Assembly (NCBI GenBank): GCA_964563185.1
Contig: CAZLXD010000002.1
Span: 1-51,542, forward strand
Length of the DNA: 51,542 nt
Source: an uncultured Chitinophaga sp.
Lineage (GTDB): Bacteria; Bacteroidota; Bacteroidia; Chitinophagales; LD1
Direction: 5' to 3'
Below, one piece after another: positions 18,661 to 27,556 of the stretch. The stretch's first letter is position 1. Each line of letters opens with the position of its first letter. The notes under the pieces were generated by a model. It saw only the letters and a program-made list of their open reading frames with translations. It was not told the origin of the DNA and ran no database searches. A program made the position numbers and the translations under genes.

Positions 18661-20670
18661 ATGAGGAATACTTTTTCTGCTTTCGTTTTTCTTTTCTTTT
18701 TCTGTTCGGTGGCGGTAGCACAGGTTACCCAAGAGCAACTCATTCATTTTAAACACAGGTATTTAAAGCCAAAGGCTCAGCTTGATTTAGTAGAAGCCAA
18801 GGACTCGCTGCGTACCCTGCACCTGATGATTGCCGGCAACGTGTATCAAACCGAAAAGCACATCAGCTATTGTTACGATGAAGAAAGCGGCCAGTACAAC
18901 TTCCGCGATGAGTTGAAATACATTCAACCTATTTTGAGCTTAGGCGACATTGCCATTGCCAACCTTAAAACCTCTTTCGGGGGCGATGTGTACAATATGT
19001 TTTCGGCACCCGATGAGTTTGCCCTTGCGCTTAAATACTCGGGCATTAACGCGATAATGCACGCCAACCTGCACACCGCTAATGTTGACCGCGCCACTTT
19101 TAAACGCACGCGCGACTTAATGAACACCTTTGACATGCGCTACTGCGGAGCTTACACCGATAACTTTCAGCGCAACGGTAACTATCCGCTTATCATCAAC
19201 AAAAAAGGGTTTCGCATTGCCTTGTTGAATTACGGAGCATTGGACAACCGCCCCGAAATTTCAGGCAACTTTTACATTAACGAAATTGATAAGGAGCAGA
19301 TTGAAATGGACTTTAGAATGCTGCGCGCTTATAAGCCTGATTTCACTATTGTGTATTTCGATTGGGGAACCGAAAAGCAGGAGGTGCCCTCGTATAACCA
19401 AATTGATTTGGCCCGTTTTTGTTTTCAGTACGGGGCCGACTTAGTGGTGGGCGCTAACCCTAACACCCCTATGCGTTTGGACTATGTAAGCTACTACCGC
19501 GATGGACAATCGAAAGAAGGAATTGTGGCTTACTCGCTGGGCAACCTTGTTGCCAGTACCGAAGATGTGCGCAACCGCAACGGCTATGTTATTGACATGG
19601 AGTTGAAGAAGAACAACTACACCGGTGAAACCCACCTGGGCGATTGGGGCGTTATTCCCGTTTACACGTATTACGATACCCTGTCGGTACCCGGCAAAAC
19701 CAAACTGCTTACCGTGCCCTGCTCTTCGGTGGAAAGTGGTGACATTCTCTCTTCGCTGCCTTATATTGAAAAACGCAGAGTGGTGAATGGTGCCTTTGAA
19801 GTGCGCAAGCTGCTGGGCGGCACAGCCGATGAAATTCAGTATAACCTTACCGAGCTGGTAGCCAGCAACGTAATGGAAACTATTGACCTGACCAATGCTT
19901 CGTGGAACAACAAATACGCCCCCAAGCGCGCTAAGGAAATTCCCGCCACCGGGGCACCTTTAATTGCCGCAAAGGATTTCGGCAATACCAACGCGCCTTC
20001 TATTTCGCAGATTTATGGCGATGAAAAACCTAAGGCCAAAGATTTTTCGGACGAGGCCGACCGCAACAGCGAAAGCCGCTACGAAGAGGAAAAGAAGAAA
20101 GCCGTAGAAGCGCAGGCCAAAAATCTTCCTACCAAATACGATAAGCCAAAGAAGGAAATGCTGAGCACCGATACCTCGGAAAACTATGCGGCAAAAACGG
20201 TGAAGAAAGACGGTGATGTAACGGTGGTAAGCGGCAAGGTGGTAACCCCTAAAGAGGAAACAAAGAAAACCGATGTGGCCGGTGAGGCGGCCAACACCGC
20301 TAAAAAAGAAGAGCCCCGCCCTGTGGCCGAAGGCATTAAAGCCGAACAGAAAAGCAGCGGAGGCATTACCGCCAACGATGCCGGCAAAACCGATATTAAG
20401 CCCGTGGAGAACAAGAACCTGAAACTGGTGGTAGATACTTTTTACCGCATACAGTTTTATGTGCTTAAAAAATACCTGCCGTTAGATACCAACTACTACA
20501 CCCACTTAAAAGGTTACGAGGTGGTGGAAGATGTAGGGCAGTTCCGTTACCTGCTGGGCAGGTTCCGCAGCTACGAGGAATGTTACAAATACTGGAAAGG
20601 ACAAATACAGCCTCGCTATAAAGAGAGCGTTATCATTAAATACTTAGACGGGAAGAGGTTGCTGGATTAA
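18661..20670 (+). CDS. CapA-like (PGA_cap metallophosphatase-like) exported protein with a K/E-rich linker and a C-terminal SPOR-like domain
   Basis: Signal peptide. The N-terminal ~400 aa resemble the CapA family. About 190 aa are low-complexity K/E/A/T-rich. The last ~75 aa (FYRIQFYVLKK...GRFRSYEECYKYW) look like a SPOR peptidoglycan-binding fold. Confidence 0.45.
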   Translation: MRNTFSAFVFLFFFCSVAVAQVTQEQLIHFKHRYLKPKAQLDLVEAKDSLRTLHLMIAGNVYQTEKHISYCYDEESGQYNFRDELKYIQPILSLGDIAIANLKTSFGGDVYNMFSAPDEFALALKYSGINAIMHANLHTANVDRATFKRTRDLMNTFDMRYCGAYTDNFQRNGNYPLIINKKGFRIALLNYGALDNRPEISGNFYINEIDKEQIEMDFRMLRAYKPDFTIVYFDWGTEKQEVPSYNQIDLARFCFQYGADLVVGANPNTPMRLDYVSYYRDGQSKEGIVAYSLGNLVASTEDVRNRNGYVIDMELKKNNYTGETHLGDWGVIPVYTYYDTLSVPGKTKLLTVPCSSVESGDILSSLPYIEKRRVVNGAFEVRKLLGGTADEIQYNLTELVASNVMETIDLTNASWNNKYAPKRAKEIPATGAPLIAAKDFGNTNAPSISQIYGDEKPKAKDFSDEADRNSESRYEEEKKKAVEAQAKNLPTKYDKPKKEMLSTDTSENYAAKTVKKDGDVTVVSGKVVTPKEETKKTDVAGEAANTAKKEEPRPVAEGIKAEQKSSGGITANDAGKTDIKPVENKNLKLVVDTFYRIQFYVLKKYLPLDTNYYTHLKGYEVVEDVGQFRYLLGRFRSYEECYKYWKGQIQPRYKESVIIKYLDGKRLLD

Positions 20671-21128
20671 AGGCGAGGTGGCGCCTTACTGCCGCGCTCT
20701 GGAACTGGTAGGCAAAAAAGGGTGAAAAGCGAAATGGAAACTTGCGTGTATAGTTAAGTTAACTCTGTTCGTCAGTTCCGTCCTTCGCAGGCTCGCTTAC
20801 TTCAGTGCTTGCTTCACAACAAACCACCTTGCGACTTGCACCACTTCCTCGATACTATCAAGGCGTGGAGAGACATTCACCCTCGGGGTTTCTCTAAGTA
20901 ATTTAAAGAACTATATTCATCATCCGGGGGGCGCACAGCACCTACCCAAAAGTGGCGGTTCAGTGGTTAAATCAAGCATTGTACTTCTATCAAAGTTTGT
21001 GCTTGGTTGATAGTGAAGTGCTTCAAATTTGCCTTCCGCCCGCTCAAAATCCCTTTCCGTCTGCTCAAAAAAACCTTCCCGGTTTACTATACCTTTTTTG
21101 GGGTTACAGCCGTTAACAAACCACCATA

Positions 21129-21719
21129 TCAATACACAAACGGTATCACCTTCTTAACCTTATGCCTATAATCGCGGTAAGCCTGCCCAAACTCCGCTTC
21201 TAATTTTTGCTCCTCTAAGCGAATGCCTATCTCTAAGTAAACAAGCGAAACAACTATAGCGGCCAAAGTCATTTTGGTGGGCAGCAACAAAAACAAACCG
21301 GCTAAAGCCAACAGTATTCCGGTGTAAATAGGATGCCGCACCACCGCATTAAGCCCGCTGGTGTTCAACAAAGGGGAAGCTGTTTTCTGTTTAGGTTTCA
21401 TAAAAGCATCCAATCCGGTAAACTCCACCGCCCCGTAGCGCAGCACGCTATAAGCCACCAGCACCACGCCACAAATTGCTAACACATAGCCCATAATGGA
21501 TAGTGTGCCGGAAGGTGCAAACAGATAATCGTACTCATGCTTTACAATAAACCACCAGCTTATACCCCCCCAAAGCACCAAGGAAATAAGGGTGTACATA
21601 AAGCGATAGAAGCGGAAAAAGTATTGGCTCCGGCTATTCACAAAATTCTTAACCCCACTGCCGGCTAACCAACTATGCGAAACATAAAATAGAATAAGTA
21701 AAAGGAGTAGTGTGGCCAT
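21129..21719 (-). CDS. Isoprenylcysteine carboxyl methyltransferase (ICMT/PEMT) family membrane methyltransferase
   Basis: Polytopic membrane protein with the C-terminal signature RHPIYTGILL...EE..L...FG..Y..Y. The ATG at 21719 shares one nucleotide with the upstream stop (TAATG). Confidence 0.6.
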   Translation of the reverse strand: MATLLLLLILFYVSHSWLAGSGVKNFVNSRSQYFFRFYRFMYTLISLVLWGGISWWFIVKHEYDYLFAPSGTLSIMGYVLAICGVVLVAYSVLRYGAVEFTGLDAFMKPKQKTASPLLNTSGLNAVVRHPIYTGILLALAGLFLLLPTKMTLAAIVVSLVYLEIGIRLEEQKLEAEFGQAYRDYRHKVKKVIPFVY

Positions 21720-22063
21720 TACTGTGCAATCAACTCCTCCCAAAACTCAGCCGCCCTGCGGGTGTGCGGTATAACAATAGAACCGCCCACCAAATTGGCA
21801 ATAGAGAACACCTCGTAAATCTCTTCCGTGGTGCAGTTCAGTTCGTGGCATTTGCCTAAGTGGTATTTAATGCAATCATCGCAGCGCAATACCATACTGG
21901 CTACTAAGCCCAGCAACTCTTTTGTTTTGGCAGGCAAAGCCCCATCGGCATAAGCCTGGTTATCCAAACTCCAAAAGCGTTTCATTACTAAGTTGTTCTT
22001 CGAAAGAATTACCTCATTCATCTTCGAACGGTAATCGCTAAAGTCTTTTATCAAATCGCTCAT
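21719..22063 (-). CDS. Carboxymuconolactone decarboxylase (AhpD-like) family protein
   Basis: CxxC motif (RCDDCIKYH) in an AhpD-like helical context. The start is either 22063 (MSDLIKDF...) or 22090. Confidence 0.7.
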   Translation of the reverse strand: MSDLIKDFSDYRSKMNEVILSKNNLVMKRFWSLDNQAYADGALPAKTKELLGLVASMVLRCDDCIKYHLGKCHELNCTTEEIYEVFSIANLVGGSIVIPHTRRAAEFWEELIAQ

Positions 22064-22172
22064 ACAATTTTTGATTTTGCGTTGCGTCAAAAGTAGTAAT
22101 CAACATTAGCGTAAATTCACCGCACTCAAAACTTTTTACATTTACTCAACCAAAAACCAAAACCATATACAC

Positions 22173-22751
22173 ATGAAAAATCTGTTCAGATTATTTCTCG
22201 GATTAATAATTGCTTCTACCCTTTCCAGCTGCGGTTACAACAGCATGGTAGAAAAACGCGAAGCCGTTAACAGCGCATGGGGAAATGTAGAATCGGCCTA
22301 CCAGCGCAGAGCCGACCTGGTTCCTAACTTAGTAAACACAGTTAAAGGAGCCGCTAACTTTGAGCAAACTACTTTAACACAGGTGGTTGAGGCCCGTGCG
22401 AAAGCCACTTCCATTCAGTTAAAAGTAGATGACCTTACCCAGGAAAACCTCGATAAGTTTCAGGCAGCTCAGGAAGACTTAAAAGGAGCGCTTTCACGAT
22501 TACTGGTAACGGTGGAGCAATACCCCGAACTGAAAGCCACACAAGCATTCATAGAATTGCAGGCGCAGTTAGAAGGAACCGAAAACCGCATTAACACCGA
22601 GCGCAACCGCTTTAACGAAGCTGTGCAGGCTTACAACGCCTACATTGCTAAGTTCCCGCAGTTACTTATAGCTAAGATGTTCGGCTTTACCGAGAAGGCT
22701 TATTTTAAAGCAGCCGCAGGCGCTGAAAAAGCACCGGAAGTAAAATTCTAA
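22173..22751 (+). CDS. lemA: LemA family protein
   Basis: Lipoprotein-like N-terminus and the typical LemA sequence (YNSMV...V...W..VE..YQRRADLVPNLV). Confidence 0.9.
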   Translation: MKNLFRLFLGLIIASTLSSCGYNSMVEKREAVNSAWGNVESAYQRRADLVPNLVNTVKGAANFEQTTLTQVVEARAKATSIQLKVDDLTQENLDKFQAAQEDLKGALSRLLVTVEQYPELKATQAFIELQAQLEGTENRINTERNRFNEAVQAYNAYIAKFPQLLIAKMFGFTEKAYFKAAAGAEKAPEVKF

Positions 22752-22796
22752 CCTCTCCCTCCCTTTCTTTTAAAGGGGAAGGTGAAAAACAGGTGT

Positions 22797-23234
22797 ATGC
22801 TTTTCGAAAAGGAACTGTTTACTGAAGAGGAGAAGAAGTCTATTGTGCAGGCAATAGGCGAAGCCGAGGCTATGACCTCAGGCGAAATTCGATTGCACAT
22901 AGAGCCGAAATATTCAGGTGATCCGGTTACCCGTGCGGTGGAAATGTTCTACAAATTGGGAATGGATAAAACCGTGCAGCAAAACGGAGTGCTTATTTAC
23001 CTGGCTTATACCGACCACAAGTTTGCGATTATTGGCGACAAAGGAATTAACGAAGTAGTGCCTGCCAACTTTTGGGATGGCATAAAAGAGGCCATGAAAG
23101 AGCATTTTAAACAACACGAATTTTTTCAGGGAGTGGTGTTTGCCGTAAAGGAAACGGGCTTTCATCTGAAAAACTATTTCCCGCTGCAACACAACGATAA
23201 AAACGAACTGCCTAATGAGATTAGCGAAGGATAG
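22797..23234 (+). CDS. TPM domain-containing protein
   Basis: TPM/TLP18.3-like pattern (SGEIRLHIEP...). Follows lemA as in the conserved LemA-TPM-TPM triad. ATG 22797 is preferred over GTG 22782. Confidence 0.7.
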   Translation: MLFEKELFTEEEKKSIVQAIGEAEAMTSGEIRLHIEPKYSGDPVTRAVEMFYKLGMDKTVQQNGVLIYLAYTDHKFAIIGDKGINEVVPANFWDGIKEAMKEHFKQHEFFQGVVFAVKETGFHLKNYFPLQHNDKNELPNEISEG

Positions 23235-24018
23235 TTCGGCTGTAAAAATCAAAAATCAAAGCTTAAAAATCAAAGTGGTTTTTGCTTTGATTTTAAATTT
23301 TTGTTCTTTGAACTTACTGCGTGCAGGATTTCCTGAAAAACCAAACCCTCCGCGTTTAGTCAACGATTTTGCCGGTATGCTTTCCGGCTCCGAAAATCAG
23401 GCGCTGGAAGATAAACTGGTGGCCTATGATGATTCTACCTCTACGCAAATAACCATTGTTACCATCAACACGTTAGATGGAATGGATAAAGCACAGTATG
23501 CCACAGAACTTGGCGAGAAATGGGGCATAGGCCGCGCCAAAGAAGATAATGGAGTATTGATTTTGGTAGCTAAAGAAGAGCGGCAAATATTTATTGCCAC
23601 CGGCCGCGGGGTAGAAGAGTATCTGCCCGATGCCATTTGCAAGCGGATTGTAGAAAATGTTATTAAGCCAAACTTTAAAGCGGGCGACTACTACTCGGGG
23701 CTAAATAGTGCTACCGATGAAATGATAGCCCGTCTCTCAGGAACTTTTGTAAATAACGACAGCGATGAAAAAGATGGGATACCGCTTTGGATTATTATTC
23801 TTATCATCTTCTTCATCTTTTTTGTAATGCCCTTTATTTTCCGCAGCAAAGGCGGAGGAACTACTTATGGCGGCAGAGGCTACAGAAGCTATGGTGGTGG
23901 CCCGTTTTGGGGTGGCGGCACTGGCGGTTGGGGCGGTGGCGGCAGTAGCAGTGGTGGTGGTTTTGGCGGCTTTGGCGGTGGAAGTTTTGGTGGCGGTGGA
24001 GCCGGGGGGTCCTGGTAA
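23215..24018 (+). CDS. TPM domain-containing protein (YgcG-like) with a TM segment and a Gly-rich tail
   Basis: The motif LVNDFAGMLS...L...L......T..QI.IVT is TPM-typical. It has a C-terminal TM helix and a GGGFGGFGGG tail. The start is uncertain. Confidence 0.8.
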   Translation: MRLAKDSSAVKIKNQSLKIKVVFALILNFCSLNLLRAGFPEKPNPPRLVNDFAGMLSGSENQALEDKLVAYDDSTSTQITIVTINTLDGMDKAQYATELGEKWGIGRAKEDNGVLILVAKEERQIFIATGRGVEEYLPDAICKRIVENVIKPNFKAGDYYSGLNSATDEMIARLSGTFVNNDSDEKDGIPLWIIILIIFFIFFVMPFIFRSKGGGTTYGGRGYRSYGGGPFWGGGTGGWGGGGSSSGGGFGGFGGGSFGGGGAGGSW

Positions 24019-24030
24019 ATTTAATTCAAC

Positions 24031-24654
24031 ATGAAGGAACATTTGAAATATATGCTTCATCCCTGGCATGGAGTGGAAGCCGGAGAAAACGCGCCTGAAG
24101 TAGTAACGGCCTTTATTGAAATTGTGCCAACCGATACTATCAAGTATGAGATTGATAAAAACAGCGGATGGCTAAAGGTAGACAGGCCGCAAAAATTCTC
24201 TAACATAGTTCCGGCACTTTACGGGTTTATTCCACAAACTCTTTGCGATACTAAAGTGGGAGAGTATTGCATGCAGCAAACCGGCCGGCAAAACATAGCA
24301 GGCGACCAAGACCCTATGGACATTCTTGTTTTATCAGAGAAAAGTTTCCCAAACGGAAGTTTTTTAGTGCAGGCTATTCCTATTGGTGGCTTTAGAATGA
24401 TTGACAAGAACGAAGCAGACGATAAGATTATAGCCGTTATGCAAGGCGATGCGGTGTATGGGGGCTACACCGATATTTCACAACTAAGCGAATCTGTAGT
24501 TCAGCGTTTAAAACATTATTTCCTTACCTATAAAGACATGCCCGGCACCGATAATCGTAAAGTAGAAGTAACCGATGTGTATAGAAAGCAGCAAGCTCGG
24601 GAAGTAATAAAGCACAGTATAGAAGATTACCGCAATCGGTTTTTGAATGAATAG
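24031..24654 (+). CDS. ppa: Inorganic diphosphatase (family I)
   Basis: DQDPMDILVL matches the family I PPase signature region. Also has the HPWHG N-terminal motif. Confidence 0.85.
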   Translation: MKEHLKYMLHPWHGVEAGENAPEVVTAFIEIVPTDTIKYEIDKNSGWLKVDRPQKFSNIVPALYGFIPQTLCDTKVGEYCMQQTGRQNIAGDQDPMDILVLSEKSFPNGSFLVQAIPIGGFRMIDKNEADDKIIAVMQGDAVYGGYTDISQLSESVVQRLKHYFLTYKDMPGTDNRKVEVTDVYRKQQAREVIKHSIEDYRNRFLNE

Positions 24655-25126
24655 AAAATGGACGTTTATTCTTGTTGTAGTGTTGCTTGCAGCAGCGGCA
24701 TTGCTGTATAACAAATATCGCGTTGCTCCCGAAATAGATTTCCGGCAATTACAGTTAACCGATTTGTATGGCAACGAAGTTTCGCTGAAAGAATATAGCG
24801 GAGAAAAAATTTTTGTAGGGTTTTTTTCCACTTGGTGCGGTCCTTGTATAGGCGAAATTCACAAGCTGGAAATGGCAGATAAGGAGTTAAAGGCAAAGGG
24901 AGTTTCGTTTGTTTTAATCAGCGATGAACCCATTGAACGTTTGCATCGTTTCGATTTAAGCAAAAGCGTACGGGTTACTATTCTTCATACCAACAAATCG
25001 CTCAAGGAATTGGGGATACATACTATTCCCACTAACTACATTCTTAACAGCCAGTTTAAAGTAGAGAGAAAAATAGTAGATGGCTCGGGCGAAAAACTGG
25101 AGGAGTTATTGAACTCCCTGCGTTGA
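24647..25126 (+). CDS. TlpA family thiol-disulfide oxidoreductase (membrane-anchored thioredoxin)
   Basis: N-terminal TM anchor and a WCGPC active site. Confidence 0.88.
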   Translation: MNRKWTFILVVVLLAAAALLYNKYRVAPEIDFRQLQLTDLYGNEVSLKEYSGEKIFVGFFSTWCGPCIGEIHKLEMADKELKAKGVSFVLISDEPIERLHRFDLSKSVRVTILHTNKSLKELGIHTIPTNYILNSQFKVERKIVDGSGEKLEELLNSLR

Positions 25127-25678
25127 TGGTTTTGTTTGACCGTTTTTCATCAGCCATATCACCATCGAAAAAATGAAGACATAGGTAACTGCCACGTATA
25201 AGTACTCGCTCACAGATTGTAAATGGTTATTGTGGTGAAATTGTGCTAAGGCAAAAACGGTAACGAGTATAACGTTTATAAAGAAGATAGCCGCCAGACC
25301 CGTAAGAATAAACAGGAGTTTGCCTCTTAGGTTATCGCCATATAAAAGAATAATGCCGCAGAAGATAGTCATAGGGGCAAGTCCCAGATACCAATCCGCT
25401 ATATATATTCCCTGTGTGCCTTCAATAGTAATAACCCGTTTATAGTGTATGAGTTCATATCCCGATGTTTTTAGCAAAGCAGCTGTACAAAAAGCTAGCG
25501 CATTACCCATGGCATTATTTAACCAATGCCACCCTCCCCACAAAAAGTTGGAATTGTTTTCGCCCATATAGCTAACCAGGCACCAGCCGGCATACAACAC
25601 CACTATGTTCAATACAAAATTAAAAGGGGCAGCAAGTTTTTGGTTAGAAAGATTACGTTGAAACAATGGCCTGAACAC
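25106..25678 (-). CDS. Hypothetical polytopic membrane protein
   Basis: About 5-6 hydrophobic segments. No family is recognised with confidence. It lies immediately downstream of the 2OG oxygenase gene on the same strand. Confidence 0.5.
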   Translation of the reverse strand: MFRPLFQRNLSNQKLAAPFNFVLNIVVLYAGWCLVSYMGENNSNFLWGGWHWLNNAMGNALAFCTAALLKTSGYELIHYKRVITIEGTQGIYIADWYLGLAPMTIFCGIILLYGDNLRGKLLFILTGLAAIFFINVILVTVFALAQFHHNNHLQSVSEYLYVAVTYVFIFSMVIWLMKNGQTKPSTQGVQ

Positions 25679-25687
25679 AAAACAAAT

Positions 25688-26470
25688 TTACCGGAACTTG
25701 CGCTGAATCCGTTCTTTTAATGCTATCAGGCCCGACTGGAGGTTCTTTATTCTGCCCTTTAATCCTTGGGTAGCTACAAAAATAGAGTTGTGCTCCCCGC
25801 CTGCTTTTACTTCGGGTGGAGCATCCTTTGTGTAGTAGTATACTGCAAGCGATTTACGGGTAACTCCTGCGGGAACAGTTAAAGGGACCGGATGGCCATG
25901 AAAAGATTTCTCATTGGTTTCAAAAATTACACAGCGGTTAAAACCGGGAGATATTTTTTTGAAACACTCTTTCCTTTCCATATCCCACAATTCAAGTTCG
26001 CCCCCGTATTCCGGCTTCCAGTCTTTGTTTAAAAATATAAGCAGGTTAAGCCTGCGGTAAAGTTTAGTTTCCGGATGAACATTAAAATCCACATGCACAT
26101 CTAAAAAAGCTCCGTTTAGCGATTGGTGCATTCCGGCACCGAAAAGGTTAGTATCAGTTTGAAGGTGGCTAATACCGGTAAGCTCTTCCACCAATTTTAC
26201 AAAATCATCCCCGTTAAGATATTCGAACAGGGATTTAAACAAGGGTTCATTTTCAAAATTTCCATTTTGCAGTTTCTTCTTCTGATTAATGTAGGTGGTT
26301 TTATTCCAAACGCCCGATTCGGGTTTAGGATAAACATTCAACAAAGCCTCTGCGGTTTCGTTGGTTAAAAAGTTGTCAATGACAATATGCCTGAACGGGG
26401 TTGCGGCATTAAACTCTTTTTGAAGCGTTTTTATTCGGCTCCGGAGTAAATCAACATTAATAAATGGCAT
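25688..26470 (-). CDS. 2OG-Fe(II) oxygenase family protein (prolyl hydroxylase/Tpa1-like)
   Basis: HxD motif (DVHVDF), a distal His (SFHGHPV) and the region LNLLIFLNKDW..E.GGELELW. Confidence 0.8.
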   Translation of the reverse strand: MPFINVDLLRSRIKTLQKEFNAATPFRHIVIDNFLTNETAEALLNVYPKPESGVWNKTTYINQKKKLQNGNFENEPLFKSLFEYLNGDDFVKLVEELTGISHLQTDTNLFGAGMHQSLNGAFLDVHVDFNVHPETKLYRRLNLLIFLNKDWKPEYGGELELWDMERKECFKKISPGFNRCVIFETNEKSFHGHPVPLTVPAGVTRKSLAVYYYTKDAPPEVKAGGEHNSIFVATQGLKGRIKNLQSGLIALKERIQRKFR

Positions 26471-26494
26471 GGTGGTTAGTTAAAGCGCACTATA

Positions 26495-27547
26495 TTATTT
26501 GGCTGGTCGGTATTTAGCCTTTTCCAAAATAGTTTTTGCATCGTATTTCGTTACTAAGTCCTTCATGTCTAACTTGCCACCTGTTTCCTTTACAAACTTC
26601 CGCACAATTTGTAACCCCACAAAGTTCCCTATAGCGCCCGGGGCATCGGCAGGCATACCGTTAGTGGTGGGCCCATCGCCCAGGTAGCGGGTTTTGTCCA
26701 TAGCGTTGTTCTTGTATAAAAGGTCTTTATCGTTAAAAAACTGCCAAATGGCATATTCGCTTTCCTTACACCAGGTGGTCTGCGGCTCGGTGTAACCAAG
26801 TATCAAACTATCGGGGGCATCGGGAAAAATGTAACTGATAAAGTAGAGCTTCTTTCCGCGCTCAATAATGGACTCCAGCAGGGTTGCATTGGAATTCAAA
26901 CTTACTGAAGGGAAATATGCATCATACAAGGCTTCGGCTGTATAGCGGGCTATGTATTCTCGCTTCATTTTATGGCGCAGATAGGCATATACTCCTATAC
27001 TATCGTAATCTTTATTGTCGGTGCCCAAAAACATGTCAAGCCCCACTATCAGTTGATTATTTCCAAACGGGGAAACGCCCGCTCCGTAAGTCGAGTTGAT
27101 AGTAACTACTTGCGGTACCTCCACAGCCGGCAGATAGAACTTGAAGTAGCGAAACATTTCCAGTAAGTCGTGCTCTACATCTTTCGTTTCGGCATAACGC
27201 GCATCAATTGAATCCTGAATAGTGCGGATGTATTTATCCGAAAGAAACTGTTGGATGGCCTTCAATTCAATGTCAGTTGTATCGCCCGCGGGACGAGGCC
27301 CGATAATAAAGTTGCTGACATAAAATTTATAAAACTCCCCGTAACGCTCCTGCATTTCAGCCCGCCACGAATCAAAGTGTAATGGGTCAAAATTCTTCAA
27401 ATCAGAATCGAAGCGGAGCAATTGCACTTGCACGTTTATGTTCGATACGTCAGGTTTTTCTCTACTTTTGTTTTGGTTGCAACCATTGCAACTTACCAGC
27501 AAACACAGCACCGAAACAACTACAATGGCTTTTACCCTTTGAATCAT
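26495..27547 (-). CDS. gldB: Gliding motility lipoprotein GldB
   Basis: Lipoprotein signal (LLVSCNGC). The C-terminal region (GNFVGLQIVRKFV...ILEKAKYRP) follows the GldB pattern as I recall it from Flavobacterium johnsoniae. The start is 27547 or 27577. Confidence 0.7.
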   Translation of the reverse strand: MIQRVKAIVVVSVLCLLVSCNGCNQNKSREKPDVSNINVQVQLLRFDSDLKNFDPLHFDSWRAEMQERYGEFYKFYVSNFIIGPRPAGDTTDIELKAIQQFLSDKYIRTIQDSIDARYAETKDVEHDLLEMFRYFKFYLPAVEVPQVVTINSTYGAGVSPFGNNQLIVGLDMFLGTDNKDYDSIGVYAYLRHKMKREYIARYTAEALYDAYFPSVSLNSNATLLESIIERGKKLYFISYIFPDAPDSLILGYTEPQTTWCKESEYAIWQFFNDKDLLYKNNAMDKTRYLGDGPTTNGMPADAPGAIGNFVGLQIVRKFVKETGGKLDMKDLVTKYDAKTILEKAKYRPAK

Positions 27548-27556
27548 ACCACGAAA

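Noticed and set aside
20930-20990. Possible tRNA, tmRNA or SRP RNA fragment (GGGGGGCGCACAGCACC...GGTTCAGTGGTTAAATC).
   Set aside because: No cloverleaf can be drawn. There is no T-loop GTTCRANYC with a matching acceptor stem, and no tmRNA or SRP conserved motifs.
20920-21132. A 70-aa minus-strand ORF apparently coupled (TTGA overlap) to the ICMT-like gene.
   Set aside because: It has a TTG start and no recognisable family. Its tail runs into a G/C-rich structured region. It is retained only as part of the unassigned-region finding, not called as a gene.
23870-24015. GGC/GGT-rich DNA repeat.
   Set aside because: It encodes the Gly-rich tail typical of YgcG-like TPM proteins. It is a coding low-complexity region, not an independent DNA element.
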